This document shows positions 12,690-25,700 of a stretch of DNA of 64,000 nt, piece by piece. A program made the translations under genes and the position numbers. Where the stretch lies: contig NC_082712.1 of the NCBI RefSeq assembly GCF_030144855.1, positions 12,958,001 to 13,022,000 of the forward strand, given 5' to 3'. The DNA comes from Hypanus sabinus (lineage: Eukaryota). Under the pieces are notes generated by a model that was given only the letters and a program-made list of their open reading frames with translations, made no database searches and had not been told where the DNA came from. Every line of letters begins with the position of its first letter. Position 1 is the first letter of the stretch.

Positions 12690-13320
12690 AATGTTGCTCC
12701 AATCTTTTATCCTGCTCCAAGATCAATCTAACCCTTCCCTCCCACGTAACCCTCCATTTCTCTTTTATCAATGTGTCTATCTAAGTGTCCATAATGTCTC
12801 AGCCTCTACTACCACCTGGATGTTCCACACACCCACCACACTCTGTCAAAAACTTATTCCCTATACTTTCTGCCAGTCAACTTAATATTAGACCCTCTCA
12901 TATTAGTCAGTTCTGCTCTGGGAATGTAAGTAACTCTGTCTTGGTCGACATGGTCATAGTTGGATCCCCATCTCAACCTCCCAATGAAGCCTTGTTGTTT
13001 ATAGAGTCATAGAGAAGTACAGCACTGAAACAGGCCCTTTGGCCCATTTGGGCCATGCTGAAACCATTTAATCTGCCAACTCCCATAGACCTGCACCGGG
13101 ACCATAACCCTCCATATTCTTTCAGTGTACCTGTCCAAACTTCTCTTAAATGTTGAAATTGAGCTCTATGCACCACTTATACTGTCAGCTCATTCCAGTC
13201 TCACCACCCTCTGAGTTCCTCTTAAAATTTTCACCTTTCACCCTCTACCCGTGACCTCTGTTTGTAGTCCCACCCATCCTCAGTGGAAAAAGCCTGCTTG
13301 CATTTACCCTGTCTGTAAAG
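12690..13320 (-). mobile_element. CR1 3'-end fragments
   Basis: Reverse complement of CR1 3' UTR, e.g. CATAGAGAAGTACAGCACTGAAACAGGCCCTTTGGCCC. Confidence 0.6.
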
Positions 13321-14049
13321 GATGCAAGATCTCCAGGCGTGCGGTTAGATCTGGGGAAGCTAAACATTGATGTTTGCAAAACTGTCACAGATTCCACTGA
13401 AATGCATTGAAACGAGAGGTTTTACTGCTTGATGGCATTGAGCGCTGGTTGTAGCCCTTTTAAAAGGCCATTCTGCCCATTGACCTCAGGCTGGCTCCAT
13501 GCAAAAGCACAAACAGAAAAGATTTGGCAGATGCTGGAAATCCAGAGCCACATAAAATGCTGGAGAAACAGCAGGTCAGGCAGAATCTATGGAGGGGAAT
13601 AAACTGTTGAGGTTTGGGCCAAGACCTTTCATCAAGTTCCATCCAAGTCGCTGGCTCTGTAACAGCGTAACACTATCCACTATTACTGTAGCAACTCGAA
13701 ATTTTAGAAGGATTTATTATCCCTCTTCACTCCATTCTCCTGCCTTCTGCATGTAACCTTTGATGCCTTTAGAAGTCAAAAACCTATTAACCTCTGCATT
13801 AAATACACCCAATGACAGCCTCCACAAACTTCTGTGGCAATAAATTCCACAGATTCAACCCCTTCTGGCTAAAGACATCCCTCCTCATCTCCATTCTAAA
13901 GGTACGTCCCTCTAAGCTGAAGCTGTGCCCTGTGGAGTAACACACAGGAAATGCTGGAGGAATTCAGCAGATCAGGCATCAACTACTGAGAGGAATATAC
14001 AGTCATCGATTTGGGCTGGAAAGGACGGGGGCAGTCCACAATATCCTGA

Positions 14050-15940
14050 AATGGGAGGGTGAGCAGCCAGAGGTCGTGGTACATATTGGTACCAACGACA
14101 AAGACAGAAAAAGGGTGGAGGTCCTAAAGACAGAATACAGGGAGATCGGAAGGGAGCTGGGAAGCAGGACCTCAAAGATAGTAATCTCGGGATTGCTGCC
14201 TGTGCCACACGACAGTGAGTTTAGGAATAGAATGAGATGGAGGATCGATGTGTGGCTGAAGGATTTTTGGATCTTTGGGACCTGTTCTGGGGCAGGCATG
14301 ACGTGTACAAAGAGCACGGGTTGCACTTGAATCTGAGGGGGACCAATATCCTGGTGGGGAAGTTTCTTAAAGCTTTTGGGGAGGGTTTCAACTAGAATTG
14401 CAGGGGGTTGGGAACCGAAGTGAAGCGGCAGAGGATGGGGAGGTTGGAGCACAAGTAGAGACAGTAGTGAGTTTGTGAGGAGGGATGGGCAGATGTTAGA
14501 GCAAAGATGCACTCAGCCTTTTGGTTTGAGATGTGTCTATTTTCATGCAATGAGTATCATAAACAATGCCGATTAACTTAGAGTTTGGATCAATATATTG
14601 ACGTTGTGGCCCTTACAGAGACTTGGATGCCTCAGGAATAGGAATGGCTGCTGAGTATGCCAGGCTTTGGATGTTTCCAAAAGAACAGAGAGGGAGGCAA
14701 AAGAGGTGGGGGCATGACATTGCTAATTAGGGATAGTGTCATGGCTGCAGAAAAGGAGGAAGTCATGGAGGGATGGTCTACGGAGTTAGTGTGGGTGGAG
14801 GTCACAAACAGAAAGGGGCAATAACTCTACTGGGTGTTTTTTTCCTTGATTTGTGGATCCAGAAATGGCTTGACCACAGGAGGCAAAGGGTGACGTAGAT
14901 GGTCCATGTTCTGCATGGAGGTCGGTGGACTGTGGAGTTCCGCCAGGATCTGTACTGGCTCCCGTCCTCGTTGTAATTTTTAAGTGACCTGTATGAAGAA
15001 GTAGAAGGATGGGTTAGAAAGTTTGCTGATGACACAAAGGTTGGAGGTGTTGTGGATAGTGTGAAGTGCTTTCAGAGGCTACAGTGGGAAATTGATAGGA
15101 TGCAGAACTGGGCTGAGAAGAGGCATAAAGACTTCAACCTGGATAAGTGGGAAGTGGTTCATTTTGGTAGGTCAAATATGATGGCAGAATATACTATTAA
15201 TGGTAATTCTTGGCAGTGTGGAGGATCAAAGAGATCATTGGGTCCGAGTTCATTGGACACTCAAAGCTGCTGTGCAGGTTGATAGTGTTGTTAAGAAGGT
15301 ATATGGTGTGTTGGCATTTATCAGATGTGGGATTGAGTTCAAGAGCCATGAGGTAATGTTACAGCGTTATAAGACCCTGGTCAGACCCTACTTGGAGTAC
15401 TGTGCTTAGTTCTGGTCACTTCACTACAGGAAGAATGTGGATAGTATAGAGAGTGGGCAGAGGAGATTTACCAGGATGGTGCCTGGATTGGAGGGTGTAC
15501 CTTATGAGAATACGTTGAGTGAACTTGGCCTTTTCTCCTTGGAGTGACCGAGGATGAGAAGTGACCTGATAGAGGTGTATAAGATGACGAGGGGCTTTGA
15601 ACTTGTAGATACCCAGAGGCTTTTGCCCAGGGCTGAAATGGCTAAAACAAGGGGATATAGTTTGAAGGTGCTTGGAAATAGGTACCGAGGTGATGTCAGG
15701 AGTAAGTTTTTCACACAGAGAGTGGTGAGTGCGAGGAATGCACTGTTGGTGGCGGTGATGAAAGTGTACAACAGGGTCTTTTAAGAGCCTCTTAGGTAGG
15801 TACATGGAGCTTAGAATAATAGAGGACTATGCGCTAGGGAAATTCCAGGCATTGTCTACAGTAGGTTTCAATGGTCGGTACAACATTGTGGTATGAAGAG
15901 CCTGTAATGCTCTGTAAATTTCTATGTTCTGTGTTCTAAG
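14050..15940 (+). mobile_element. Internally deleted, decayed CR1 (ORF1 esterase to 3' end)
   Basis: VHIGTND...IVISGLLPVP in ORF1; FADDTKVGG and RSDLIEVYK in RT; (TTCTATG)-type tail. Confidence 0.85.
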
Positions 15941-16204
15941 ACAATATACAAAGGTGAGGGGAGTGGGAGGAGTACAAGATGGTGGTGAGAGGTGAGACCA
16001 GGTGAGATAGAAGGAGGGGAACGGAGGTGATAGGCAGGTGAGGAGAAGAGGAGTGACAAGAGAGTAACCAGAATGGGAATGATATCAGAGAGAAGAGAGA
16101 AGGGAGGAGTAATTACTGGAACTTGGAGAAATCGATGCTGATGCTGTCAGGATGGAGGCCCCCCCCCCCCCCCGCCGATGGAATCTCAGATGTTCTTCCA
16201 CCAA

Positions 16205-16378
16205 ATGACTATAGGAAAGATGCTCTTCACATCCACTCTAACTCGGTCTATCAATATTCGAACCGGCTATAAGAACAATCTCCTCCACATCCACTCTCTC
16301 TTGGCCTATCAATATTCAAACCGACTACAGGAACAATCCTCTCCATATCCACTCCATCTTGGCCTATCAATATTCAAT
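16205..16378 (+). repeat. 58-bp tandem repeat, about 3 copies
   Basis: CTATCAATATTC recurs at 16248, 16306, 16364. Confidence 0.8.
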
Positions 16379-16469
16379 AGGTTGCAATGAGATCCCCCTC
16401 AATGACCATAACCTCTTGATTCTTATTCTCGGTGTCCTTTCCCCTCCTCCACCCAGGCAAAAGTCAATA

Positions 16470-17060
16470 AGTTATGTTACAACTTTATAAAACTCTAGCT
16501 AGGCCACATCTGGAGTATTGTGTACAGTTCTGGTCACCCACTGTAGGAGGCATGTTGAGGCTTTGGAGAGGGTACAGATGAGGTTCACCAGGATGATGCC
16601 TGGTTTAGAGGGCGTTTACTGTAATGAGAAGTTCGATAAACTTGGGTTGTTTTCTCTGGAGCGACAGAGTCTGAGGGGAGATTTGATAGAGTTTGTAAGA
16701 TTATGAGAGGCACAGAGAGAGCAGACAGAGAGTATCTTCCTCCCAGGGTTGAAATGTCTAATACCAAAGGCCTGCGTTGAAGGTGAAAGGGGTTTAGAGG
16801 GGATCTGAGGGGTAAATGTTTCACACAGACAGTGCCGGGTGACTGGAATGCTCTGCCTGGGGAGGTGTTACAGGCAGATACATGAGGCGCTTTTAAGAGA
16901 CATTTAGATCAGCACATGAACAGACTTTGGATATTGAAACGGATGTTGTGCAGGCAGAGGGTTTAGTTTAGTTGGTCACTAATTTAATTGGTTTAGCACA
17001 ACATTGTGGGCCGTAGGGCCTGTGACTGTGCTCTACTGCTCTGTGTTCTATGTTCTCGTG
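16470..17060 (+). mobile_element. CR1 RT C-terminus and 3' end
   Basis: ALERVQMRFTRMMPGLEG...LRGDLIE. Confidence 0.8.
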
Positions 17061-17639
17061 TTAAATACAGTAAATCTATGATCATCTGCTACTGAGAAAT
17101 CCCGGTTGTTCCCTCCCTGGCTCACCAGGTGCCTGAGGTTCACGGAGCCATTCTGTTTCCCATTATCAGGTAATAAAAATGAACTTCTGACATCACGATC
17201 TACCACAACGTGAGTAACACACAAAATGCTGGAGGATCTCAGCAGCTCAGGCAGCTTCTATGGAGGGGAATAACAGTCAATATTTTGGCCTGGGGCCCTT
17301 CACCAGGACTGGAAAGGAAGGTGAAAGATGCCAGAATCTGATGGTGAGGGGAGAGGGACTGGCTGGGTTGTTATTACACAGGGCCAGTATGAACTCAATG
17401 GGCTGAATGTCCTCCTGAATGCTGCAACTGTTCCGTCACTCCGAGTTAATTCCAAGAGCTCTCCTCTCCGTAACCGGTGCCCCCGATTCTCCAATCACTT
17501 CCCCACCTGAAAATGAAGTGGCAGGATTGTAAAAGCCATCGGCCCCAGGGAACAGACGACAATGACAAACCCCCGAAACCCTGACTCGACCCCAGCCTGT
17601 AACGCTCTATATTTCAATAAGAATCTGAGGTGAACTGGT

Positions 17640-18290
17640 TTGTCACCAGGGACACTGGCAAATTTCTACAGAGATACCTGGGGAGCGTTCTAACTGGCTG
17701 CATCACCGTCTGGTCTGGTGGGGCCACTGCTCAGGATCAGAAAGACCAGCAGAAACTTACAAACTCAGTCAGCTCCATCGTGAGCACTGGTGTCCCCAGC
17801 ACCCAGGACACCTTCAAAATGCAACGCCTCAAAAAGGCGGCATCCATCATTACGGACCCAGCACCCAGGACATGCCCTCTTCTCATTGCCACCATCAGGG
17901 AGGAGGAACAGGAGCTTGAAGACACACACTCACCGATTCAGGATCAGTTTCTTCCCCTCCGCCAGTTAGAACACTCAGCAGGTATATCTGTAGAAATTTG
18001 CCAGAGTACAGGAGCCTGAAGACACACACTCACCGACTCAGGAACAGCTTCTTCCCCTCCACCATCAGATTTCTGAATGGTCAATGAATCCATGAGCTCT
18101 TCCTCAGTATTTTTTTCACTCTTTTTGCCCAACTTGTTTATTTCTTTTCCTTATTTTATATGCAATTTATAGATTTTATTATTATACATTGCCTTGAACT
18201 GCTGCTCAAAACAACAAATTTCATGACATATGCCAGTGATGCAATCTCGTTGTCTATTCTATTGTTTCTATATTAAATCTGATTCTGATT
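17640..18290 (+). mobile_element. Rex1/Babar 3' fragment(s)
   Basis: SVLTGCITVW...AQDQKDQQKL...KKAASIITDP; (TCTGAT)n tail. Confidence 0.75.
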
Positions 18291-18429
18291 CTGACGTAAC
18301 CCCCACTCCGGTCTCTACAGCACCAACCGCAGCGTGTAGCCCACTCCTGAGTATCCATTATTGCACATATAAACCCCCCAGTCTGGACCCTCCTATGGAT
18401 CACAGCCTGTTCCCAGTCCTGACTATCCA

Positions 18430-18950
18430 TTACTGATCATTTAGTTGTCAGGCCCTGCTGGTGTATCTGGAAGATCGCTGAAAGCCTGTGTCGATCAACT
18501 GTTGGGAAAGATGAAGGATATCTTCAATCCCTCACTGCTGCAGTCAGAGGCCCCCACCTGCTTCAAAAGGGTGACATCAGACCGGTCGGTGCCCAGGCAG
18601 AGCAGGGTGAGCTGCCTTAACAACCATCACCCAGTGGCACTCACATCTACTGCCATGAAATGTCTCGAGAGGTTGGTCTTGGCTGGAATCCACTCCTGCC
18701 TCAGGAAGAGCCTGGGCCCATGGCAATTTGCCCGTCACCACAACAGGTCCACAGTGGATGCAATCTCACTGGCTTCTCACGTGGCCTTGGCTCACCCGGA
18801 CAACAGCAAAACCTTTGCACTGCTTATCGAATTGAACTTTTATATATATTTATTGTAAATAATAGTTTTCATTTTATGCTTTGCACTGTACAGCTGTGGC
18901 AAAACAACAAATTTCACGACAGATGCCGGTGATATTAAAGCTGATTCTGA
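18430..18950 (+). mobile_element. Rex1/Babar RT N-terminal fragment joined to a 3' tail
   Basis: LKACVDQL...PTCFK...PVALTSTAMKCLERLV...NRSTVDAI. Confidence 0.8.
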
Positions 18951-19229
18951 TTCCCCTCCCCCATGTCAGGGCCCAGTCTGTAACCCACTCCCCTGGTTTG
19001 ATGGTCGTCAGGCCCACTGACATCTGAAGATCCACTCGTGACTGTAGTGAAACTCCAGGTCTGTTTCTCAGATTTTCACCCACATTCCCCACCTTCCCCA
19101 CTCTTGACCTGATTCCACCTGCCAGACGCATCTCCCCCAGTGGGTCCCATTCTCATCTCAGAGTATCAGGCTGGAGAGTGAGTCCTTGGTGGCCCTCCCT
19201 CAAACAACTGATTACAATCACCTCTCTCC

Positions 19230-19780
19230 ATCTGAATCTCCTTTCCTTCCCTCTTCTCCATCTTTCACCACCTACCACATCTCCCATCCCCCTTCCCCTC
19301 CCTACCCAGCACAACCTGCCCTTAACCTTGTACCCCACCTCAATCCTCAATCACCTCAGACTCTTATCTCACCCTCCTCAGTCCATCTCTCACAGTATTC
19401 TGTCTCACCCCTTCGCAATCCTCAATCGCCTCAGACTCCTGTCTCACCCCTCTCAACTCCTCTATCAGTCCCGATGCAAACCAACATCTTTAACATCCTT
19501 TCACACCCACAGATGCAGCTACACCAGCTGAATTCCTTCAGCAGATTGTTTGTTGTTCAAATCTCTCTATCTCCCTCACTTACATGCACACACTCTCTCT
19601 CCCTCTCTCACTCACTCCCTCTCTCTTTCATCCACTGTCTCTCAATTACTCCCTCTCTCTCTCATCCACTGTCTCTCAATTACTCCCTCTCTCTCTCACA
19701 CACACTCTCTCTCTCTCTCTCATTCACTCACTCACTCACTCACTCACTCACTCACATACACTCTCACTATCTCTCTCTCT
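19230..19780 (+). repeat. Pyrimidine-rich low-complexity tract and (CT)/(CA)/(CTCA) microsatellite abutting the V1 acceptor
   Basis: Direct inspection; the long ORFs 19186..19821 and 19550..20200 are inflated by it. Confidence 0.9.
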
Positions 19781-19784
19781 GCAG

Positions 19785-20168
19785 ACGATTCGATATATGG
19801 TTGGTCAATGTCCGGCGCTGATGTGGTCTCTGCGGAGGAAGGGGCTCCCGCTGTGTTACCGTGTACTTTCACCCACCCACCTCCTGGTGTCGCACTGAAC
19901 GGCTCCGTGATCTGGTACAGAGGGGAACCAGGTGCTAAAAAACTGGTGTTTAACTGCACATATCCCGGTTCTGGCCGCTCCTGGTGCGATACAACGACAC
20001 AGGAGGCTGGAGGAGGGCGGTTCGGATTCGTGGGGAACCTCAGTCGGAGAGATGCCTCGATAATGGTGGAGCGACTGAACCGGAGTGACGGTGGTCGGTA
20101 TTGGTGCCGGGTGGAGCTCAATGTTGGCAAGTTTCGAACGGTGCTTCTAACAAATCTGTCTGTGGGAG
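19785..20168 (+). CDS. Ig V-set exon V1, Siglec-15-like, sialic-acid Arg retained (128 codons, phase 1/1)
   Basis: CTCTGCAG acceptor and G|GTGAGG donor; WSM..VSAEEG.AVLPCTFTHP, WYRGEP, VFNC..WC, GRF.FVGNL.RRD.S..VERL, YWCRVEL; closely follows Siglec-15 V domain as recalled. Confidence 0.9.
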
Positions 20169-20741
20169 GTGAGGATCGATGTTTAAGCATTGAGTTGTAA
20201 ATCTACACTAATCATTTCACATTTTATCTCCCTGAAAACTTATTTTATTCATAATTTGCAAGTACATTTTGCAGGATAATCATGTCAAATAGATGTGATT
20301 GTCATGTGCACTAGCACATAGAACAACAGCACCATACAGACCCTTTAGCCCACAATGTTGTGCTGACCCTTAAACCTGCTCCAAGATCAATCTAACCCTT
20401 GCCTCCCACATAGCCCTCCACTTCTATAACATCCATGTACCTGTCTGAGAGTCTCCGTGTCTCTCTACCTCCCTCTCTCTCACGCACACACACTTACTCT
20501 TTTTGTCTCCCTCTCTCCCTCCCCCTCTCTCCCCGGTCCGTGACGCTGCTGCCATTTCAGTCAGCAATGAAGGGCCTCCATCTCTGACAGCATTCAGGGC
20601 TTCCTTCATCGTGTCAGTAGCTTCCTCTCGGTTTTCACTGCTGTCAGTCATACAATTCCCGAGTGGGACTCAGGAATACCGTCACACTCAGATGTCGAAG
20701 GATTCTCCATTGCTGTTTCCATAACAATATTGTTTTACCCG

Positions 20742-21690
20742 TATTACGTACCCCGTAACAGGTTAAAAAGAACCAGCAGAAACAGATACACCTGGAGTCT
20801 GAGACTTTCATTATAAACTCTATTTTATTAGTAATTACGGGAATAAAGTAATACAAAACAAAATAAGGTAAACAGGTTAGCAGAGCGATGCACCATTAAT
20901 AACTCTCGGAGACAGGAGGCGAACGATAGGCTTTTATTAGCTGCAAGAGACCACGATTAGCAGCAAGAGACAACCACACAACATCCTGGAGACTGAGGGA
21001 GGAGCAGTGCCTCCAATCGCCTTTATACAGGGGTCTGTGGGAGGAGCCAGAGGAGCAGTCAGCAGAGGGGTGTGTCCAGACAGGTATATGTAGTTCACCA
21101 CACAGAGTATATGTGTGTATATATATAAGTAAATAAGGATCCCAAGCTTCCCAGCTCAGGAGATTATATGATACAGTCTTATGGTGGTATGGTAAGTAAT
21201 CAGTTCAGTTCTGGAATTTGATTTGAGTGGAGTTGGAGAGAGAGATGGAGAGTGGGTTTGTCTTCCAAATGCCGTTGCAGATGCCGATCCTCCACGTCGT
21301 CCTCCTGCTCCCGAAACTTACAGTCACCAACTTGTGACCACAGAAAAGGGGAATGTTTCCATGGAAACGCTATCAACCCAGTCGAGGGTTAAACACACCG
21401 ATAGCGTTCCTTTGTCCACACTGTGAGCAGAAACCCCACCCTCGTCATGAGCACACAAAGCTCACCAGTGTCCTCCTTGCCTCTGGCATCGTGTGTCTCC
21501 TGTGTGTCTTGTGTGTCTCATTAAAAAGTCAACTCTGACCTCTGACATCCCCCCAATACTTTCCAGGAAAAGTCTCTGGCTGTCTGCTCGATTATGCCTC
21601 TTATCATCTTGTTCACCTCTATCAAGTCGCCTCTCATCTTTCTTCACTCCCAAGAGAAAGTCTCCAGCTCGCTCAACCTTTCCTCATTAA
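20742..21690 (-). mobile_element. Degenerate Gmr1-type solo LTR (same family as 3956-4525), containing a nested short LTR
   Basis: TATTACGTACCCCGTAACAGGTTAAAAAGAACCAGCAGAAA matches the start at 3956; CAGAAACCCCACC...CACACAAAGCTCACCAGTGTCC matches ~4196-4240; right end approximate. Confidence 0.6.
20886..21102 (-). mobile_element. Short solo LTR, 5-bp TSD CAGAG
   Basis: (C)GATGCA...CACCACA termini; CAGAG at 20881-20885 and 21103-21107. Confidence 0.88.
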
Positions 21691-22779
21691 ACATCCTCTC
21701 TGGTCCAGGCAGCATCCTGGTAGATCTCCTTTACATCCTCTCGAAAGCTTCCTCATCCTTCCTGTAATGAGCGGAGTGGAACTGAACTTACTTGCTGCTG
21801 CAGGGACGATTTTCATTGCACGTCTGCCTACGTGTCTGCACAGGTGCAGTGAAAATCCAGTTGCCGTAGCAACACAGGCACAGAGCGTTGCATCAGAAAA
21901 GCGGCAATCAAGGTCAAGTTTATTGCCATCTGACTGTATACAGATACAGAACGTCAAGGGTGGTAATCTCGGGACTGCTGCCTGTGCCACGAGACAGAGA
22001 GGGTAGGAACAGGAAGTTATGGCAGATGAATGCGTGGCTGAAGAGTTGGTGCAGGGGGCAGGGGTTCTGATTTCTGGATCATTGGGATCTCTTCTGGGGA
22101 AGGTCTGACCTGTACAAAAAGGATGGGCTGCACCTGAACTGGAAAGGGACCAATATCCTGGCGGGCAGGTTTGCTGGAGCTATTGGGGAGGGTTTAAACT
22201 AGTTTGGCAGGGAGTGGGAATCAGAATGTGAGTGCAGAGATTAGGGTAGAAGTACAAGGGCATGATGCTATGTGTTCTGAGTTGGTGAGGAAGGACAGGC
22301 AGGGGACAAAACATAAATGTAGCCAGTTAGAGGGGTTGAGATGTGTCTATTTCAATACTAGGAGTATTAGGAATAAAGGGGATGAACTTCGAGCATGGAT
22401 CAGTACATGGAACTACGATGTTGTGGCCGTTACTGAAACTTGGCTGGAGGAAGGGCAGGATTGGCTGATGCAGGTACCAGGGTTTAGGTGTTTTAAAAGG
22501 AACAGGACGGCAGGTAGAAAGTGGGGGGGGGGGTGGGTCGCATTACTGGTCAGGGACAGTATCACGGCTATAGAGGGGAGGACGCTGCAGAGGGAGTGTC
22601 CATTGAGTCGGTGTGGGTGGAAATCAGAAATAGGAAGGGATCAATCACTGTGCTGGGAGTAGTCTATAGGCCCCCAAATGGCCTTTGGGACAATGAGGAG
22701 CAGATAAGCAGGCAGATTTCAGAATGGTGCAGGAAATACAGGGTTGTAGTTATGGGTGATTTCAACTTCCCTCATATTG

Positions 22780-25700
22780 TGGGAATATGTGCGTTGTGCG
22801 TCGAGCGCGCACTTTAAAAGGCAGGACATCTTTTCAGAGCGGGCAGCGGAGTCTGTGGAAGCAGAGTCTTGGGCTTTGGCTAAGTGGGCTTCGGCGTAAG
22901 GGGACTTCGGTAAGCCTGTGTGATTGTTCGCTGAGGGGAAGAAGGTAAGGTCGCTAGGTGCTTTTTAGACTTATTCTATTAATCCAGTTCAGGTATGGGG
23001 GAGTGGTGTGCTCCGAATGCAGTATGTGGGAAGTCAGGGTCAACACAGTTGTCCCTGATGACCACACCTGCAAGAGGTGCGTCCAGCTGCAGCTCCTATC
23101 AGCCCGAGTTAGGGAGTTGGAGCGGGAGCTGGATGAACTACGGATCATTCGGGAGGCAGAGGCAGAGATAGATAGGAGTTATCAGGAGGTAGTCACACCA
23201 AAAAACCAAGAAGTAGGCAGATGGGTGACGGTCCAGAGAGGCAGGGGGAGCAGGCAGAGAGAGCAGAGCACCCATGCGGCCATTCCCACTAACAATAAGT
23301 ATACCGTACTGGATACTGTTGATGGGGATGACCTACCAGGAATGAGTTGTAGTGGTCCTGCCTCTGGCACAGAGGTTGAACCCTCAACTAGAAAGGGGAG
23401 GAGGGAAGAGAAGAGAGCGATAGTTTTAGGGGATTCTATAGTTAGGGGGACAGATAGGAGATTTTGTGGGGCAGATCTGGAGTCTCGGATGGTATGTTGC
23501 CTCCCTGGTGCCAGGGTCCGGGACATCTCAGATCGGGTGCAGGCTATTCTTGAGAACGAGGGCATGAACCCAGATGTAGTGGTCCATGTAGGGACCAACG
23601 ATATAGGTAAGGTGAGTGAGGGGGTCCTGCTTAGAGAGTTCAGGGAGTTAGGAGTGAAGCTGAAAGGCAGGACCTCCAGGGTGACAATCTCGGGATTGCT
23701 ACCTGTGCCACGTGCGAGTGAGGCGAAGAATAGAATGATTATGCACATTAATACGAGGCTGAGAGCATGGTGCAGGAAGGAAGGGTTCAGGTTTTTGGAT
23801 AATTGGTCTTTGTTCCAGGGACATTGGGATCTGTTTCGAAGGGACGGTCTACATCTGAACCGGAGGGGTACTAACATTCTTGCAGGAGTGTTTGCCAGTG
23901 CTGCTGGGGGGGGGGGAGGTTTAAACTAGATGTGCAGGGGGCAGGGATCCAGATCAAGAGGGTTGGTCAGAAGGAGCATGGGGTTAAATGTGTAGAAGGT
24001 TTGGGTGATCTTGAGAAGGTCATCAAAATTCAGGGTGCAATTAGCCCGATGGAAGTTCAAGGAGCTGGGTTAGGTACAGTAGACAGTGTTTTAAACAAAG
24101 AGAGGAGGAATGGGCTAAGAATTCTATACTTGAATGTGCGTAGTGTCAGAAATAAGACAGATGAGCTTGAAGCTCGGATGAAAATGGGGAACTACGATAT
24201 TGTTGGGATAACGGAGACATGGCTGCAAGGGGATCAGGCCTGGGAATTGAGTGTACCAGGGTATACGTGCTAACGTAGAAACAGAAATATGGGAAGAGAG
24301 GGTGGGGTGGCCCTGTTGGTGAGGAATGAGATTCAATCCTTAGCAAGAGGTGACTTGGGAACAGGGGAAGTAGAGTCTGTGTGGATTGAGCTGAGGAACA
24401 GTAAGGGTAAAAAGACCCTAATGGGTGTTGTGTACAGGCCCCCAAACAGTAGCATGGATATTGGGTACAAGTTGATTAGGGAGTTAACATTGGCATGTGC
24501 TAAAGGTAATGCAGTCGTTATGGGAGATTTCAACATGCAGGTGAACTGGGAGAATCAGGTAGGTGCTGGACCCCAGGATAGGGAGTTTGTGGAGTGTCTA
24601 AGGGATGTATTTTTGGAACAGCTTGTGCTTGAGCCAACCAGGAACGAGGCTATTTTGGACTTGGTGATGTGTAATGAACAGGAATTGATAAGTGATCTTG
24701 AAGTAAAGGAGCCATTAGGATGTAGTGATCATAACATGATAAGTTTTCATCTACAATTTGAGAGGGATAAGGGCAGATCAGAGGTGTCAGTGTTGCAATT
24801 AAATAAAGGAGACTACGGAGCCATGAGGGAAGAGCTGGCCAAAGTTAAATGGGCGGATGCCCTGGCAGGAAAGACAGTGGATCAGCAGTGGCAGATATTC
24901 TTGGGCATAATACAAAAGATGCAAAAGCAGTTCATTCCAATGAGAAGGAAGGATTCAAAGAGGGGGAAGGGGCCACAGTGGTTGACAAAGGAAGTCAGAG
25001 ATTGTATTGCATTAAAGAAAAAGAAGTATGACAGGGCTAAGATGAGTGGGAATACAGATGATTGGGAAAGTTTTAAGGAACAGCAGATCTTAACTAAAAA
25101 AGCAATACAGAGAGAAAAAATCAGGTATGAGCTCAGTCTAGCCAGGAATATAAAAGGGGATAGCAAAAGCTTTTTTTAGCTATGTGAAGAGAAAGAAGAT
25201 AGTTAAGAACAATGTTGGCTCCTTGAAGAATGAATTGGGAGAAATTGTTATGGGAAACAGGGAAATGGCAACAGAATTTAATGCGTACTTTAGATCTGTC
25301 TTCACCAGGGAGGACATAAGCAATCTCCCAGATGTATGGATGGGCCAGGGTCATAAGATATCAGAGGAATTGAGACAGATTGACATTCGGAAAGAATCTG
25401 TGATGAGTAGACTGGTAGGAATGAAGGCTAATAAATCCCCGGGTCCGTTTGGTCTGCATCCAAGGGTTCTAAAAGAGGTGGCTCAGGAAATTGCGGATGC
25501 ATTGGTAATCATTTTCCAATGTTCCTTAGATTCAGGATCAGTTCCTGAAGGTTGGAGAGTGGCTAGTGTTATCCCACTTTTCAAGAAGGGAGGGAAGGAG
25601 AAAATGGAGATCTATCGCCCTGTTAGCATAACGTCAGTCATGGGGAAGATGCTTGAGTCCATTATTAAGGACGAAACAGTGGCACATCTAGATGGCAGAA

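Noticed and set aside
19141-19183. 37-nt exon candidate (CCCAG acceptor, GTGAGT donor) before V1
   Set aside because: 37 nt is not a multiple of three, so it would shift the frame between the phase-1 leader and V1; no leader-like peptide
19178-19898. Long ORFs rich in S/L/H/P
   Set aside because: Translations of the microsatellite; only 19785-20168 is real coding sequence
21281-21426. Phase-1 terminal exon candidate (ADPPRRPPAPETYSHQL...LSTL*) with ATTAAA at 21520
   Set aside because: It lies inside a degenerate solo LTR homologous to 3956-4525, so it is probably fortuitous. Only junction reads showing exonisation would rescue it.
21460-21538. Hydrophobic stretch LTSVLLASGIVCLLCVLCVSL resembling a TM
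   Set aside because: Within the same LTR-derived, TG-rich sequence; no convincing splice context
23182-23877. 231-aa minus-strand ORF and similar antisense ORFs over CR1/Gypsy
   Set aside because: Shadow frames of retroelement ORFs
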